The position numbers and the translations under genes were made by a program. This document shows positions 32,301 through 38,300 of a stretch of DNA of 57,449 bases, piece after piece (the stretch's first letter is position 1; each line of letters starts with the position of its first letter). This DNA is from an uncultured Clostridia bacterium. GTDB lineage: Bacteria > Bacillota > Clostridia > Christensenellales > CAG-917. The notes below the pieces were generated by a model. That model ran no database searches. It worked only from the letters and a program-made list of their open reading frames with translations, and was not told where the DNA came from. Where the stretch lies: positions 1-57,449 of the forward strand of contig CAKQLT010000003.1 of NCBI GenBank assembly GCA_934254715.1, written 5' to 3'.

Positions 32301-35300
32301 TTCGACAACGCGTTTATCTCAACGCTTATCGGAATGCTCGGACTCGACCTCGGCGACATCGAACTTCCGCCCATCAAGTCGGTCAAACTTGACGTAAACC
32401 TCGGCGCAAAGGGTCTCGATTCAATCAACCTCAACGCGCAACTCGACAGCGTCGGCACGGGCGCAAACGTCAAGATAAGCGACTTTGAACTCGGCTTCGG
32501 CAAGAGTATGGTCGAATCCGCAAAACTCATCGAATCGGTGAAGACGGGCTACACCGGATTGACTCTGTCCAAGACATCGGGCATTATGTCCCTCATTCAA
32601 AACGTCATCGACAGTTTGAAACCGGGTCTTTCCATCAACATTCAGAACAAAGTATGGCAGTTGACTCAAGCAAGAAAGGTCGCGACGTTGTATCAAGATT
32701 CAAGCATAACGCTCAGCGGCAAGAAGGTTCTCACGTCAACCAACATACCGAAGTCTTCACCCGAAAAATACAATATCCGTCTTGACTTAAAGAGCAACAG
32801 GGCAGATACGGGACTTTCCGCAATAGTGGGCGGCAACAACATCTTCGTCACCAACATCACGCTTCCTTCGGGCGGCTTGGTCGGTACGCTCGCGCCGTTG
32901 ATTTCCGCACTCAACTGCCTCGACCTCGGCAGTATGATGGGCAGTTCGCCGCTTCTCGCGCTCGTAAACGGCACGGACGGCGATGACGCAACGTATGAAT
33001 ATCCGTCCGCAAAGACGGCGGCAGACGCCACTTCGACGCAAGCGGCAAGCGGTTGGAACGCAGACAAGACGTCGTATTCTTACCCCGTCAAACTCGACAA
33101 CCTCGTCAAGAGCGTTGACGTCAACTTGTTCAACGACAACGAGTACTGGCCGTACTTTGAAAACGCAACGGCAGTGACCAACGGCGCGGGCAAGATTTCC
33201 GTCAAGGTCACGCTCAACAAAGATTCGTACAACGAACTCATAATTATGGTCACGTCCATACTTATGGGCTTGATGAAAGACAAGATCGACGGTGACGACG
33301 GCGAAGCGTACTTCGGCGACGTCCAAAAGGCTCGTAACGGTAAGACGGGTATAACCGGCAGCGGTTTGTCCTCTTACGCGATCGACGGAATCGGCGACAC
33401 CGACGAAATCACCAAGTTCTACAACGGACTCGACGAGTTGGTCAAGAAGAACGCGTCCACGCAAGAGAAAGTCAACTACGTCGAACCGTTCGCAAGATCC
33501 TTGCCGGTAACGTTGACGAAGTGGGCGTTGTTGTTCGCGCTCGACGCAGCAGGCGTATCGCTTAGTTACGGTACTATCCAGAACCTCGCAAGCGAAGTCA
33601 TCGAAGACTTGAACTTCCTCATCGGCGGTATTCTTCCCATTCCGTTTGCAAGCGGTGAAATCGATCCGTCCATCAACATTTACGTCGATCTCAACCCGAC
33701 TGCACGCGATTACGGTTGCACCGGCGGTCAAACCGTGAAACCCGGTATTCAAGCCATCGAAATTATGGTCAACGCCGAGAAGAACGGCACCGGCACGGCA
33801 ATGAAGTACAACAAAGCGCAAACCACCACCAAGAGCGATATGAACCGTATGGCAAACGGCGGCGGCGCGGTTGCGGCAGGTTCTGCAAACAGCACGACGA
33901 CCAGTTTGAGCGAGGCTTGGGACTTCTTTATGATTCGTCTCACGCCGTACAGCATACAAGACAGTTCGTTCACGACGGGTATGTTGTACTTTGACGACGC
34001 AGAAAGCGCAGAAAAGGTTGACACCGAAGTCACACCGCCCACCGAAATCGTAATCGACGATCCGGCAACGAGATCGGGCAGTGCAGTGTTGTCGAGCGGT
34101 TCTACGACGCCTATCACGCTTCGCGACAGCGCATTCCTCAACAAAGACGTGTTCCCGCAATACGCAAACGTCAAATTCCCGATTTATCTCAGCGGCAAGC
34201 AAATGCAGTCCTACGATAAGTCAGGCGACTACAGCGACGCGCCCGGCACGCAAATCGTTTGGGACGCGGCGACGGTCGATTTGACGGCGGCAACTTCCGA
34301 AGACGCTTCGGGCAGACGTCTTGCGGGTTACGTATACGGCTACGCGCTCAACGTGGTGCTTTACGCAATCCCCGTCTACGTCACCAACGACAAGGAAGCG
34401 CAAACACAATCAATCAAGGGCTATTACAGAAACGACGACGGTACTTATTCCGAAAAGGCACTGGGTATCGACATCGACACCAATAGTTCCAAGTATATGG
34501 CGGAACTTCCCGACCTCGTGAGAATCCCGTTCAGAACGGGCGGCAAGTACACGTTCGCAACCTATCTCAAAGATTCGACGGGCAATATGGCGTACGCGGT
34601 TATCGACCCGATAAGCGGCGCACCGTCCGAAAACGGCTATCAAATCCTCGTCCAACCCACGCAAGCGGAAATCGACGCAGGTGCGGAAGCCAACCTCAAC
34701 AAAGACGGCAACAAGTACTTGTTGATGCCTGCATACGTTGCGGGTCTCGTGACCGAGAAGGACGCAAGCGGCAATGACGTCTACAAGACGATCACCGCAA
34801 AAGACTCGACGGGCGCAGAAGTCAAGTACTACGTGCTCAGCCGCAACAAGTTGCCGAAGGGCAAACAATTCCCCGCAGGCACGATCGAGTGGAACACAGA
34901 CGACTTCAAGTACGATTGGCAAGGCTCGACCGATTGGACGACGGGTGCGGAAAGCAACGTTGTCAAAGTCGGATTCACCTATCAATGGGGTCTCGGCAAA
35001 GCGGTTGAAGACACTATCTCGTTGACTGCAAAGAACTACAAGATTTCAAGACTCACGTCAATGTCCAACGACAAGGACGGCACGGTAACGCAAAACTTCA
35101 AGAGTGAGCGTGACTCTAGCGGCAACTACACGACGATCCTCGAACTCAAAGCGATGGACATCGACGCAAGTATGCAAAACCTCGTGACCTACCTTGGCGG
35201 ATTCCACTTCGTCAACGGCAAGTTCGTCAACGAAAGTTCTATGACGGGCTTCGACGTCGAGTGGGATACGACGGAACTCGCAAAAGCAATTGCGGCGATC

Positions 35301-38300
35301 ACGACCAAAGATTCGAGCGGCAACGACGTCGTAAACTACTACAAGGGTCTTGACGTAACGATCAAAGCAAAGGTCGGCGGCGAGAGATTCAGCATCTTCA
35401 CGTCGGTCACGAAGAATCTCGTTTCGACGGATAAGAGCGGCTTCGTAGGCAAGAGCGAGAGTTACGCCGGCAAGTTCGCGCAAGAAGTCAACGTCAGAAT
35501 CGTCGTCAAACCGTACGAATTCGATTCTATGGCAAAGGCTCTCGTATTCGATCAATATCAATACGAAACGATAACGGCAGATTCCTTCGGCACGGCGTAT
35601 CAGCTCAACGTCAAAGACGCAAGCGGCAACACGAGCGTCGAAAACTTGACCGTCGGCAACGGACTCAGCGTCGAAGCGCCGTTCATCAAGGCGGGCGAAA
35701 CCTACCTCAACGCGTACGACAACGCGGTGCACAAACTCACGTCCGACGAAATCACTTACGAGGGATACAGCAATCAAAGAACCTATCCGCTCTATGCGAA
35801 ACTCGTCATCGGCACGGAATACAGCGGCAAGCAAGAGGTTTACGTTCCCATCGAAGTGAACGCGGTCAAACCCTCTGCCTATACTGTCAACGTCGAACAC
35901 GACAACACTCTCAACCCGACTTGGTACGAGAGATACGACGAGTTCAACGTTTCCATCGGTATGAACACGCACACGATGTTCCCCGACTGGACGACGGTGC
36001 AGTATTACACCAACGCCGCTTGCACGAAACTCAAATCGCAACAAAACATCTTTGACGGCGGTACGATTTACGCGCAAGTCGAAGCGTACGCAACTGCGGA
36101 CGGCACGAAGGACGGCACGAAACTCGCACTTGTCAACACGGGCAAGGTAGACGAGAACGGCGAGCCTATCTATTCGGCGCAAAAGATCACGCTCAGACTC
36201 AACGTCGAGCAACAAACGATACAATCCGTAAACTTCTTCTACGACGAAACGATCGGCGACGTCGCGGCGTATTTGAGAAAATATGCAAACGACGAAGCGA
36301 AACTCGCCGCACTCGAAGCGAAACTTGCGGATATAAACAACTACACGGGCAGCGTATATCAACAAACTCACGTCGTTGACGGCACTGCGTTCGGTATCGA
36401 CCCGATCAACTTTGCAACCAACCCGAGCGACTACTTCAAGACGAGTGCTTGGGGCGACGCAAAGGGCGGCACTGCTGTCAAGGTCAACTTGGTCAAGGGC
36501 GAGTCCTACATCGCATACGTCAGAGCGTTCGACAGAATCGTTTCGGGCAAAGACGTAACCGGCACGGGCAATACGCAAACCGTTTATATGACGATAGGCA
36601 ACAACAAGGTTTCCTTCAACGTCAACATTCCGAGTTATGAATTCGTCGGCGGCGCAATGAGCGACGCGGAAAGCAAACTTACGTATGTAGACGGCAAAGT
36701 CGCGGGCACTGACGACGATACGTTGAAACTCGCGTACAACGTCTTCGACGAATGGAAGTTGCCGAGCAAAGCGACCGTACAAACCGCACAAGGCGTCGGC
36801 GAAATCACCGTTGACGTCAAGTGGGTTGACTACGCCGCGCCCAGCAAAGACGAATTGAAGTCGGACGAGGACGGCAAGTTGTACGTCGAGCGCAAGTACT
36901 TCTTCTTCGACGGACTCACGATGCGTTATCCGAGTGCGGACGCGTTCACGGCAAAGATTTATCTTGAAAACTTCAACGCGAACGTACAAATCGTTCCCGA
37001 CGGAATGAGTGACGTATACGACGTATTTGACAAGTTCGAGTTCGCTCGCACCGCAACCGTCACCGTTGACGGCGTCGCATATCGCAACGTACCTATCCAC
37101 TGGGAAAGCACGGCAATGCCGACTGCGGACGAAATCAAGCAGGGCAGTTTCACTCGCAAGATGTACGTTCTCGGCGTATACGTGGCAGGTCAGGATATTT
37201 ACAGCGACTACGTCGTGACCGTCAACAACGACTTCACGATTGACAAACTTACGGGCGGCTACTTGGCAGGCGACTTTGCAATCGACGTTGCAAAAGACAA
37301 CTTCTATCAAGGCTTGCCCAAGAGCGCAAACGTCAAGGTCGGCGAGAAGACTATCCCCGTCACGCTTGCGTGGAGCGACGACTACACGGCAGAGAGCGGC
37401 TTTAGCGGCAATATGACTCTCACGATAACTTCCAAGGACGGCAACAAGGTCGTGCTCGAAAGTGACGTGAACGTCGCCGTAACGGTCGAATCCGCAGGTA
37501 TCACGGGTCTTGCGAAGGCTCAAAAATACGTTCTCGACCCGTACGCAAAGAGCGGCACGCTCTTTGAATCGGGCAGTTTGCAAGAAGTCAAAGTCAGCGG
37601 CAGCGACAAGACGCAATACGTTGCGGTCGAATACGAATTTGACAATCAAGCGTTCTACGACAACGTGGCTTCCTACTTCGGCAAGAAGTACAAAGTCGCG
37701 GTGACGTACAAGTACAACGCGGGCAAGAACGTCAACGTCGAAACGGGCGAAATCGAAGTTTACGTAGTCAACAGAAGCATTATGTTTATGTCCGACTACG
37801 AGAATCGCTCGATTGTGGTGGATACGTTCCTTCACAAAGACGCTTCCTATCTTGCCAACAAGATGAGTATCACGACGACGGGCGGCGACGTGTTCGACGC
37901 GTACTTCGACTGGTCAGACGTTGACAAACTCATCAAGAGCGGAAAGAGCAACTCGGCGTATATGGCGACCGCGCTCGTGGGCGTCGAGAAAGCAAACGGC
38001 GGCTACGTCCTTGCAGATATAACCGACGACGGCAAGGTCAACCCGACTTACGTCGCAATCGAAGACTACGTTGCGTACAAGCAAAAGACCGACCCGAACT
38101 TCGCTCTTACGAACGAAAAGAGATATATGCTCGCAAAACAACGCGTCAACGTACCGGTCACGGTACTTGACCGTACGATTGCGGACGCAGAACTCTTGCT
38201 CGGCGACACCGACCTCGAATATTTGTATTCCGATTCGAGCAAGTATTCCACAATCACCGACACGCTCGTCGGCAAGACGAACGGCGCGTATGACGGCAGA

